A DNA stretch of 64,000 nucleotides from Candidatus Saccharimonadales bacterium (GTDB taxonomy: Bacteria; Patescibacteriota; Saccharimonadia; Saccharimonadales; EFPC-124): NCBI GenBank assembly GCA_050730875.1, contig JBOHNX010000001.1, positions 13,827-77,826 on the forward strand, in the 5' to 3' direction. The notes beneath the pieces are model-generated. The model was not told where the DNA came from. It did not search any database and worked only from the letters and a program-made list of their open reading frames with translations. This document shows positions 1-7,429 of the stretch, one piece after another (within the stretch, counting starts at the first letter, position 1; every line of letters begins with the position of its first letter). A program made the position numbers and the translations under genes.

Positions 1-26
1 GGGAAGCACATTTATTAGTCAAGAAG

Positions 27-1076
27 ATGATACGTAAACTTATGAAACGAGACAGTACCAAACGTCCGGAAACGGGCGGGCGGATTACCAACGAAACAGT
101 GGCGGAACATCGCGAACGTATTCTTGCGGGCGGACGTAAATTTAAATACCCTATGCAGTATACGAAGCGAAGAATCGTCATTATAAGTATTCTTATTGTG
201 CTTTTGTCTACAGCAGGTTTCTTTTTGTTTAGTGGTTGGCAGCTTTACAGCGTTCAAAACACAAGTAAATTCATGTTCGGGCTCACACAGATTCTCCCAG
301 CTCCCGTAGCAAAGGTAGAGGGTCAGTGGGTACGCTATAGCGATTACTTATTAGAGCTTCGAAGTTCGTTACACTATCTTGTGACAAAAGAGGCTATTAA
401 CTTTAATTCCGACGACGGCAAGCGCCAGCTTGAATACCAGAAGCGACTGGCTCTTAATAAGGCCATCGAGAATGCATATTTGACTAAAATTGCCCGTGAT
501 CAAAAGATTCGCGTAGACACTAAAGAAGTTGACGATTTTGTCCGCATTCAGATTAATTCCAATCGTCTGGGCGTGAATGAAGACCTATATAAGCAGGTCA
601 TCCGTGATTACTACGACTGGTCATTCGAGGAGTATAAGACGTCAATTAAAAAGCAGTTGCTGCGTAAAAAAGTCCAAGCCAAATTAGATACGGATGCACG
701 CCAAAAGATCACGGCTATTCGCGACCAATTACGTCAGGGGGCAGATTTTGCGGAAGTTGCCAAAACCCAATCTGAAGACGAAGCAACCAAGCAACAAGGG
801 GGTGACATCGGAATCGTGACAAAGGATGCCGATGATCCGCACGGTCTTATTGCCGCTGCCAATAACCTACAGCCAAGCCAGGTTTCAGATGCAATTGAAG
901 GCGTCGATGGCTTCTACATAGTGAAGCTTATTGAACGCCAGGGCGAGAACGAACTACGCCTTGCAAAGATATTTATCGCCTACAAATATCTCGATAAAAA
1001 GATATCCGAGCTTAAGCAAGCCGGGCAAATCCAAGAGTTTATTAAAGTCGATGACGCGGTTCGGCCCGCGACTTAA
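27..1076 (+). CDS. Membrane-anchored PpiC/parvulin-type peptidyl-prolyl isomerase (PrsA/SurA-like)
   Basis: 349-aa ORF. Has an N-terminal TM helix (IVIISILIVLLSTAGFFLF) and a C-terminal parvulin-like segment (GGDIGIVTKD...GFYIVKLIERQ). Assigned by motif recognition only. Confidence 0.7.
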   Translation: MIRKLMKRDSTKRPETGGRITNETVAEHRERILAGGRKFKYPMQYTKRRIVIISILIVLLSTAGFFLFSGWQLYSVQNTSKFMFGLTQILPAPVAKVEGQWVRYSDYLLELRSSLHYLVTKEAINFNSDDGKRQLEYQKRLALNKAIENAYLTKIARDQKIRVDTKEVDDFVRIQINSNRLGVNEDLYKQVIRDYYDWSFEEYKTSIKKQLLRKKVQAKLDTDARQKITAIRDQLRQGADFAEVAKTQSEDEATKQQGGDIGIVTKDADDPHGLIAAANNLQPSQVSDAIEGVDGFYIVKLIERQGENELRLAKIFIAYKYLDKKISELKQAGQIQEFIKVDDAVRPAT

Positions 1077-1139
1077 GTAAAACAGTTGATTTAAGGGGTC
1101 AAAATTGGTAGTATAGGGCAGTCTAAGTCAACGCTTTAT

Positions 1140-1217
1140 GGGCTCGTAGTGAAGTTGGCCTATCACGCCTCCCTGTCACGGAGGAGATCGCCGGTTCGAA
1201 TCCGGTCGGGCCCGCCA
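1140..1217 (+). tRNA. tRNA-Asp (GTC)
   Basis: Cloverleaf with encoded CCA. Anticodon stem CCTCC/GGAGG with loop CTGTCAC. Acceptor GGGCTCG pairs with CGGGCCC. Confidence 0.9.
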
Positions 1218-1224
1218 TGAAAAC

Positions 1225-1250
1225 GCCTCACCCTTGTGGTGGGGCTTTTT
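1225..1250. terminator. Hairpin plus T-run after tRNA-Asp, shared with the convergent minus-strand gene
   Basis: GCCTCACCC-TTGT-GGTGGGGC stem followed by TTTTT. It sits between convergent transcription units. Confidence 0.55.
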
Positions 1251-1591
1251 CATTTTTCCAGTACATGAATCGTCCAGGCGGTCGCAAACAAAAGTTCTGG
1301 AACCACGTCCAGAAGATATATCCGCGAGATACGATTCTTTATAATGCTGTAGTAAATGTCAGCACCGGCAGTAATGACTGCCGTTCCGACTCCTAAGATT
1401 ATGACCTGAGTGAGATTGGCAGCGAACCAGAGTTGCAATCCTGCAATTACAAAGAACCAACCTGCAAACTTCACGAGCCAGCGATCATATTTTTGGCCAG
1501 TTACAGCTTCGAAGCTTCCCATGTGCAAAATGGGCCACAGACCCATCACGACGTAGTAAATTCCCTGGAGTTTGATAATAATTTCGGTCAC
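1250..1591 (-). CDS. Small integral membrane protein (about 4 TM), unknown function
   Basis: 113-aa ORF that is almost entirely hydrophobic helices. I recognise no motif. Confidence 0.5.
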   Translation of the reverse strand: MTEIIIKLQGIYYVVMGLWPILHMGSFEAVTGQKYDRWLVKFAGWFFVIAGLQLWFAANLTQVIILGVGTAVITAGADIYYSIIKNRISRIYLLDVVPELLFATAWTIHVLEK

Positions 1592-1705
1592 TCTTTAGCT
1601 TTATCACAGGTGCTTGAAGTGGACTGTTAGATATTGGGCAAACCCAGATCTATATATTTAAACTGTTAATTTGCTATAATGTGCCTTGCATAAAGAGTGA
1701 AATGT

Positions 1706-1782
1706 GCCACCTTAGCTCAGTTGGCTAGAGCACCGCTTTCGTAAAGCGGGGGTCCGGGGTTCGAATCCCCGAGGTGGCTCCA
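1706..1782 (+). tRNA. tRNA-Thr (CGT)
   Basis: Cloverleaf. Anticodon stem CCGCT/AGCGG with loop TTCGTAA. Discriminator is U73 and CCA is encoded. Confidence 0.9.
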
Positions 1783-1785
1783 TGC

Positions 1786-1860
1786 GCGGGTATCGTATAG
1801 TGGTTAATATGCAGCCTTCCCAAGGCTGAGCGGAGAGTTCGATTCTCTCTACCCGCACCA
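1786..1860 (+). tRNA. tRNA-Gly (CCC)
   Basis: Acceptor GCGGGTA/TACCCGC. Anticodon stem CAGCC/GGCTG with loop TTCCCAA. Lies 3 nt after tRNA-Thr, with CCA encoded. Confidence 0.9.
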
Positions 1861-1908
1861 AATTGCCGTTATGCTGTATACTAACTCGTAAAGCGATTTA
1901 AAGAATTT

Positions 1909-2277
1909 ATGTTTAAAAAAGCTGATTGGCTCGCCATTGCTAAAGACCGCACTGCTATCATACTGCTGATTGTGCTTGGTATTGGCACTATTGCTATTCT
2001 TATAACAACAGCTGCAAGGCTCCACATTAGCGATGTGCAAGTGCCCGTACGCTACACGGGGTATGGTGTGACCAATTTGTACCGTGACAAGTGGTATTCG
2101 CTCTTAACGTTTAGCGGGTTTGCAGTATTAATTGCAACACTAAACACCCTTATTGCGCTTAAGGTTTACCAATTGCGCCGATTTATGGGGTTAGGTCTAC
2201 TTGCGCTTAGCATTTTTCTTGTCATTGTTGGTTTTATAGTTACCAATGCAATCTTTAACTTAGCACCCTCAGTATGA
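1909..2277 (+). CDS. Small membrane protein, ATGA-coupled to the downstream GT2 synthase
   Basis: 122-aa ORF with 3 predicted TM helices. Its stop overlaps the next ATG at 2274-2277. Confidence 0.55.
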   Translation: MFKKADWLAIAKDRTAIILLIVLGIGTIAILITTAARLHISDVQVPVRYTGYGVTNLYRDKWYSLLTFSGFAVLIATLNTLIALKVYQLRRFMGLGLLALSIFLVIVGFIVTNAIFNLAPSV

Positions 2278-3896
2278 CCGATATAGAAATTCCATTAGGC
2301 AAACGCACCTTCAGATACCGCTTTTTTGAGATTTTACCGGCACTGCTTAGTTACACTGTAGTGTTGTTGCCGATAGTATTAAGCATTGTAAGCCCCATTC
2401 TGGCGGCTATTTTTATAATCGGCTACATTATTATGTTTTTCGTAAAAGCTATTGGTATGGCCTACAGAACGGTTCAGGGCTACAATTCGCTGGGTCAAGC
2501 GCAAAAAATAGATTGGCGTAAACGTTTGCAAGATCTAAACGATGTCGACGTCGCGCTAAAAGAGTACCGCGAAAACCCCCATAAGACAGAGTGGCGCTTA
2601 GAAGAACATTATCAGAACCTCTTGCGCTTTGCAGCGCATCGCGAGCAATACTTCACGCCGGATGAGACATATAATGCTGTAATTATTGCAATGTATAACG
2701 AAAGCCGCGACATAGTTGAGCCAACTATTAAAGCCGTTTTGGCGAGCCACTACGATATGAAACGACTGATTCTGGTCATTGCATATGAAGAGCGCGGTGG
2801 GGAAGATGCCAAGAAAATAGCCGACGATCTCGTCAAAGAATACGGCCACGCCTGCTTTAAGGCTGTCGCTATCATGCATCCAAAAGACATGAAAAACGAA
2901 GTAATAGGGAAGGGTGGCAACATTGCTTACGCAGGACGTCGCTTAAAGAAAATTATCGAAGAGGAAGCAATTGACCCCGAGAGGGTTATTGTAACCACAC
3001 TAGACGCAGACAACCGACCTCATCCTTCATACTTCTCGTATGTTACTTACGAATACATTCTCGATCCTGAACGCGATAAGCGCGCTTATCAACCAATCGC
3101 TCTCTTCTTGAATAATATTTGGGACGTACCGGCTCCGATGCGTGTTTTAGCAACCGGTAACTCGTTCTGGACTATCATCAACTCAATGCGTCCCCATATG
3201 CTGCGCAACTTCGCCTCGCATTCGCAAGGCATGGCGTCGCTTATTAAGACCGACTTTTGGAGTGTGCGTTCCATCGTAGAAGACGGTCACCAGTATTGGC
3301 GCAGTTATTTTGCTTTCGATGGAGACTACGAGGTTACGCCAATTTATGTCCCAATTTATCAGGACGCCGTATTGGCCGAAACCTACCGCAAGACTATAAA
3401 AGCGCAGTTTGTGCAGCTTAGGCGTTGGGCATACGGTGCGTCAGATGTAGCTTACGTAGCCGACAAAGGTCTTAGCAAAGAAAGTAAAATACCGTTTTTA
3501 AAATTCTTCCCACGCTTCTTCCGGCTTCTTGAAAGCCACGTAAGCTGGGCGACTGCTCCGATTATTATTGCATTTGGAGCCTGGGCACCGCTACTCATCA
3601 ATCCAGAGGCAAGTCGTAGTATTGTTGCCCACGAGCTACCCCAAATTGCCAGTCAGCTGCAGTTTGTAGCCATGTTTGGTCTATTCATTACCGTGTACCT
3701 AACATTTAAGATGCTACCGCCGCGTCCAGAGCGCTACAAGCGCCACCGCAACGTCTGGATGCTCCTGCAGTGGTTGCTTATGCCGATTGTGAGTATTGGG
3801 TATGGTTCTACAGCTGCTTTTAACTCGCAAACGCGACTTCTACTTGGTAAGTATCTCGACAAGTTTGATGTTACGGTCAAAGCTGTTAAGAAGTAG
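2274..3896 (+). CDS. Family-2 glycosyltransferase, processive synthase-like, multi-TM
   Basis: 540-aa ORF. Carries TLDADNRP (D,D,D-type) and the QxxRW motif (QLRRWAYG), with flanking N- and C-terminal TM helices. Confidence 0.8.
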   Translation: MTDIEIPLGKRTFRYRFFEILPALLSYTVVLLPIVLSIVSPILAAIFIIGYIIMFFVKAIGMAYRTVQGYNSLGQAQKIDWRKRLQDLNDVDVALKEYRENPHKTEWRLEEHYQNLLRFAAHREQYFTPDETYNAVIIAMYNESRDIVEPTIKAVLASHYDMKRLILVIAYEERGGEDAKKIADDLVKEYGHACFKAVAIMHPKDMKNEVIGKGGNIAYAGRRLKKIIEEEAIDPERVIVTTLDADNRPHPSYFSYVTYEYILDPERDKRAYQPIALFLNNIWDVPAPMRVLATGNSFWTIINSMRPHMLRNFASHSQGMASLIKTDFWSVRSIVEDGHQYWRSYFAFDGDYEVTPIYVPIYQDAVLAETYRKTIKAQFVQLRRWAYGASDVAYVADKGLSKESKIPFLKFFPRFFRLLESHVSWATAPIIIAFGAWAPLLINPEASRSIVAHELPQIASQLQFVAMFGLFITVYLTFKMLPPRPERYKRHRNVWMLLQWLLMPIVSIGYGSTAAFNSQTRLLLGKYLDKFDVTVKAVKK

Positions 3897-4349
3897 TTAA
3901 TCTCGTTTCAGGAATCTCTTTAAGCTGCGTACGTCGAGCTGAGGCGAGTGATAGCTTAAGTATTTTACGTAAGCGGCCGTATCGAAGCGCTTTAAGACGC
4001 GCAGAACGGTTTCTACGATGAGTTGAGTGGTTATCTTCTGGCCATTTGCAGCCGCGGCCTTGTAAAGCAGTTGTTCGATTGTAACTGCAAGGTAGAAGAT
4101 AGCCTCGCCATGATCCTTCCGGTGATCACTCACTTTTAGGAGGCTCAGCAAGAGCTTTGCTTTAGAGAAGGGCTCACGATGGTCTTTGCGCTCGACTACA
4201 AAAATATCCTTAGGGTCGGCTGCTTCGCGAGTCGTAAATTCTTTCTTACAAGCGAGGCAACGCCGTCTACGCCACGTCTCATTCGTCTTTTTGGTGCGGC
4301 GAGAGTTGTAGACTTCTGTTTTCTCGTGAAGGCAAAATGGACATACCAT
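3897..4349 (-). CDS. Divergent NrdR-family regulator (Zn-ribbon plus degenerate ATP-cone)
   Basis: The 150-aa ORF starts MVCPFCLHEKTEVYNSRRTKKTNETWRRRRCLACKKEFTTRE, which is the CxxC...RRRRxCxxC...FTT pattern. This is followed by an ATP-cone-like VVERKDHREPFSKAKLLLSL. A second, canonical nrdR lies at 54131. Confidence 0.7.
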   Translation of the reverse strand: MVCPFCLHEKTEVYNSRRTKKTNETWRRRRCLACKKEFTTREAADPKDIFVVERKDHREPFSKAKLLLSLLKVSDHRKDHGEAIFYLAVTIEQLLYKAAAANGQKITTQLIVETVLRVLKRFDTAAYVKYLSYHSPQLDVRSLKRFLKRD

Positions 4350-4364
4350 GACTACATATTGTCA
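4349..4364. promoter_or_regulatory. NrdR-box-like site overlapping the start of the NrdR paralog
   Basis: TGACTACATATTGTCA matches 11/16 positions of the NrdR-box consensus as I recall it (acaCwAtATaTwGtgt). It shares ACTACATAT with the box at 54038. On the minus strand a TATAGT -10 lies just upstream. Confidence 0.4.
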
Positions 4365-4411
4365 TTTAACTATAAAAAAATCTAGTGGAAAACCAACTTT
4401 TTTTGTGGGAA

Positions 4412-4444
4412 AAGAAAAATCCCGACACTGTGGTGAGTGTCGGG
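4412..4444 (-). terminator. Intrinsic terminator for the small minus-strand ORF
   Basis: On the minus strand the stem is CCCGACACT/AGTGTCGGG, followed by ATTTTTC. Confidence 0.6.
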
Positions 4445-4486
4445 ATCAGCAAGGTTGCAAGCTAACTGAGAGAGAACTCGCAGGTT

Positions 4487-4612
4487 TTAACCGCGTGGCC
4501 GTTTAATACGAGTATGGGTGGCCGTACGGTTATCCAGTACGTGTTCGTAAAACAGTTTGAACTTTTCGAGTTCAGACTTGTCTTGCTTATGAGTAACTGC
4601 GTTGTTGCTCAT
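4487..4612 (-). CDS. Candidate 41-aa protein (MSNNAVTHKQDKSELEKFKLFYEHVLDNRTATHTRIKRPRG)
   Basis: ATG at 4612 and TAA at 4487-4489, translated by hand. It falls below the ORF-track cutoff. A clean terminator follows. No homology evidence. Confidence 0.3.
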   Translation of the reverse strand: MSNNAVTHKQDKSELEKFKLFYEHVLDNRTATHTRIKRPRG

Positions 4613-4751
4613 AACGGTTTTATATTAGCATAAGAGTTTATTTGTGTCAAGGTTCGGTGAGTAGACCTGTGATATCTCATGTGATATTTTTTGATTTATT
4701 TTTTATTGTTATGGCGCGTGGAAAAGTTTTGGGGAGTGGGGAAAAGGTAAA

Positions 4752-4768
4752 GGCTCTAGAGGACTCGA
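4752..4768. repeat. Direct repeat of the tRNA-Val 3' end (17 nt)
   Basis: GGCTCTAGAGGACTCGA at 4752-4768 is identical to 4929-4945, which lies inside tRNA-Val. Confidence 0.85.
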
Positions 4769-4886
4769 TTTTTTCTTGCTCGCTCCTGATAAAATTGCAA
4801 GCAATTTTATGTCGCTCGGCCAAGCAAGGATTCCGCAAACTGCCAGTGGCAGTTTGCGCCTACCGGTTCGAGTCCGGGTGTCTATC

Positions 4887-4924
4887 AAGAAAATAAGACC
4901 ACACTTTGGTGGTCTTATTTTCTT
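4887..4924. terminator. Bidirectional hairpin abutting the tRNA-Val 3' end
   Basis: AAGAAAATAAGACCAC-ACTT-TGGTGGTCTTATTTTCTT is a long perfect stem flanked by A and T runs. Confidence 0.6.
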
Positions 4925-5000
4925 GGTGGGCTCTAGAGGACTCGAACCTCTGACCTCTTCCACGTCAAGGAAGCGCTCTAGCCAACTGAGCTAAGAGCCC
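4924..5000 (-). tRNA. tRNA-Val (GAC)
   Basis: Minus-strand cloverleaf. Acceptor GGGCTCT/AGAGCCC. Anticodon stem CTTCC/GGAAG with loop TTGACGT. CCA is encoded. Confidence 0.9.
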
Positions 5001-5060
5001 GCAGCACATTGTTTAACACAGATACTATAGCTTAACAGAGGTAGTTTTGCAAACCTGATA

Positions 5061-5090
5061 TTGCAATAATCTGTTTTGAGGTGTTATTAT
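5061..5090 (+). promoter_or_regulatory. Putative sigma-70-type promoter of the thrS leader
   Basis: TTGCAA, 18-nt spacer, TATTAT. Confidence 0.45.
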
Positions 5091-5094
5091 TGCT

Positions 5095-5261
5095 GCAGAG
5101 AGCGTTGAAGCGGCCTAACCACCCGCCGAGCTCCGCGAGCTACCGCGCTATTGTAGCAAAACGAGTGCTCTAGTTTACCTAGACTAGAGAAGTCCGGTGG
5201 AACCGCCCGAGATTACTTGGGTCCGAGACGCGCTGAATGATCCAGCGTGTTTTTATTTTTT
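5095..5261 (+). promoter_or_regulatory. T-box leader (Thr) with intrinsic terminator
   Basis: The T-box core AGAAGTCCGGTGGAACCGCC (5188-5207) has a UGGA bulge complementary to the U73-CCA end of tRNA-Thr. The candidate specifier ACC-A sits in the loop GCGG-CCTAACCAC-CCGC. The terminator ACGCGCTG/CAGCGTGT plus a T-run lies at 5228-5261. Confidence 0.7.
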
Positions 5262-5276
5262 AAAAGGAGATGCAGC

Positions 5277-7100
5277 ATGAGCGAGCAACACCTACATGCG
5301 ATGCGCCACAGTCTTGCGCACATCATGGCTAGCGCAGTTAAACGCCTTCACAAAGAGGCGAAGTTTGGTGTGGGACCAGTCGTAGAAAACGGTTTTTATT
5401 ACGATATCGACTTGCCTGCAACCTTAAGCGAAGATGACTTTTCGGCCATTGAAGCCGAAATGAAGAAGATCATTGCCGAGGACCAACCCTTTGAGCGATT
5501 TGAAATGTCGATTGAAGAGGCGATTGAGTGGGCAAAAAAAGAAAAGCAGCCTTACAAATTAGAGCTTCTTAACGATTTAAAACGCGCGGGCACTACCAGC
5601 GCAAAAGATCTCGATGCGGCCGAGTTAGGCTTGCCAAGCGATGCTAAAGCTGTAGAGAACGTCTCATTTTATAAGAATGGTGATTTTGTTGATCTATGTC
5701 GCGGGCCACACGTCGAATCAACTGGGAAAGTCGGCGCTTTTAAAGTAATGCGTGTGTCTGGTGCTTACTGGCGCGCCAAAGAGACTAATCCACAAATGCA
5801 GCGCGTGTATGGTGTCGCCTTTGCCGGCCAAGAGGCACTCGATGTCCACCTGAAGGCTCTGGAAGAGGCTAAGGCGCGCGACCACAGGATCCTTGGTAAG
5901 CAGCTAGATTTGTTTGCCTTTTCAGATCTAGTAGGACCTGGCTTACCTCTATTTACTCCACGCGGCACAACCATGCGTAAGCTTTTGAAGCAGGCGCTGC
6001 TACAAACAGGTGCTAAGTACGGTGGTCAAGAAGTTGAAATTCCACATATTGCAAAGCGTGAATTGTATGAAATTTCTGGTCATGCACAAAAATTCGCCGG
6101 CGAACTTTTTGGAGTAACAAGTCATTACGACGTCGACTTTGTTATGAAGCCAGTAAATTGCCCACATCATACGCAAATTTACGCTTCACAACCTCGAAGT
6201 TACAAAGATCTGCCAATCAACTACATGGAAACGACAATGCAGTATCGCGACGAAAAGCCTGGCCAGATTGGTGGCTTGGGTCGTGTTCGCGCCATTACCG
6301 TTGATGATGGTCATCTGTTTTGCACGGTCGATCAGATTAAGCAGGAAGTGGTTAAACTCTGCGATTTTATTAAGGAGTTCCATACTGCGCTTGGTATGTA
6401 TGGCGACCACTGGGTTTCGCTGTCGGTACGCGATTACAGCGCACCTGATCAATACATTGGCGACCCTGATGATTGGGATAAGGCCGAAGCTATGCTCGAG
6501 GAGCTAGCGACTGAACTAAAAATAGGCGCGCGAAAGATGGAAGGTGAGGCAGCGTTATATGGGCCAAAACTCGACTTTATGTACAAGGATATACTCGGCA
6601 ATGAGCGCCAGTTGTCGACTGTACAACTAGACTTTTCGACTCCTAAGCGTTTTAAACTGACGTATACAGACGCCGATGGCGGTGAAAAAGCGCCAGTTAT
6701 TATCCATCGGGCTATACTAGGTTCGTACGAACGCTTTATGGCTATCCTCCTAGAAAAGACTGCTGGCTGGCTGCCACTTTGGTTGGCGCCAGAGCAGGTC
6801 CGCATTTTGACTATTAACGACACTATCTTGGATTATGTTGAAGACATAAAAACAACGCTTAACAACACTGTACTCCATGCACCAGTAAAGTATAACGAAC
6901 TTCGTTTTAGCGTAGATGCGCGAAATGAATCGTTGGGCCGGAAAATACGCGACGCTGTTGAGATGAAAATTCCAGTTGTTGTAATTGTTGGTCCTAAGGA
7001 TGTTGAAGCAAAACAAGTAAGCATACGCCTGAAAGATAGAGAAGAAAAGGTTAAGCTCGAAGATCTGAGTGATTTTTTACAACAACTAGCAACTCATTAA
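5277..7100 (+). CDS. thrS: Threonyl-tRNA synthetase lacking the N-terminal TGS domain
   Basis: The ATG at 5277 follows AAGGAG. The protein starts directly at the editing-domain HxxxH motif (HAMRHSLAHIMA). Class II core and anticodon-binding regions are recognisable. Confidence 0.93.
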   Translation: MSEQHLHAMRHSLAHIMASAVKRLHKEAKFGVGPVVENGFYYDIDLPATLSEDDFSAIEAEMKKIIAEDQPFERFEMSIEEAIEWAKKEKQPYKLELLNDLKRAGTTSAKDLDAAELGLPSDAKAVENVSFYKNGDFVDLCRGPHVESTGKVGAFKVMRVSGAYWRAKETNPQMQRVYGVAFAGQEALDVHLKALEEAKARDHRILGKQLDLFAFSDLVGPGLPLFTPRGTTMRKLLKQALLQTGAKYGGQEVEIPHIAKRELYEISGHAQKFAGELFGVTSHYDVDFVMKPVNCPHHTQIYASQPRSYKDLPINYMETTMQYRDEKPGQIGGLGRVRAITVDDGHLFCTVDQIKQEVVKLCDFIKEFHTALGMYGDHWVSLSVRDYSAPDQYIGDPDDWDKAEAMLEELATELKIGARKMEGEAALYGPKLDFMYKDILGNERQLSTVQLDFSTPKRFKLTYTDADGGEKAPVIIHRAILGSYERFMAILLEKTAGWLPLWLAPEQVRILTINDTILDYVEDIKTTLNNTVLHAPVKYNELRFSVDARNESLGRKIRDAVEMKIPVVVIVGPKDVEAKQVSIRLKDREEKVKLEDLSDFLQQLATH

Positions 7101-7111
7101 AAGGGGCAAGT

Positions 7112-7429
7112 ATGCCAGGATTTAATAAAGAGTTTGCCGAACGTGTGTACGCCCTCGTAGCCCAGATTCCTGAGGGTAGGGTGATGAGTTATGGTCAAAT
7201 TGCGGCGCTGTGCGGTAAACCTCGCGGTGCTTGGGAGGTTGGGCAGATCGCACACTTTGGACCGACGGAACTTCCATGGCATAGGGTGGTGAACAAGCAG
7301 GGAGGTCTGGCTGCCGGCTGGCCAGGAGGTGGGCGCGATGCGCACAAGGCGCTTCTGGAGGCCGAGGGAGTAGAGGTGACCGAAGACTATCTTATTGATA
7401 TCAATAAACTCCAATGGTGGCCAGAATGA
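7112..7429 (+). CDS. Alkyltransferase-like (ATL) / MGMT-family DNA-binding protein without the active-site Cys
   Basis: 105-aa ORF. Carries PWHRVV where methyltransferases have PCHRV. An HTH-like YGQIAALCG lies upstream of it. Confidence 0.75.
   Translation: MPGFNKEFAERVYALVAQIPEGRVMSYGQIAALCGKPRGAWEVGQIAHFGPTELPWHRVVNKQGGLAAGWPGGGRDAHKALLEAEGVEVTEDYLIDINKLQWWPE

Noticed and set aside
4790-4885. Plus-strand tRNA with a long variable arm.
   Set aside because: A T-arm-like CCGGTTCGAGTCCGG is present, but there is no acceptor-stem partner, no D-arm and no anticodon arm. The 10-bp hairpin is too long to be a variable arm. It is treated as a tRNA fragment or debris.
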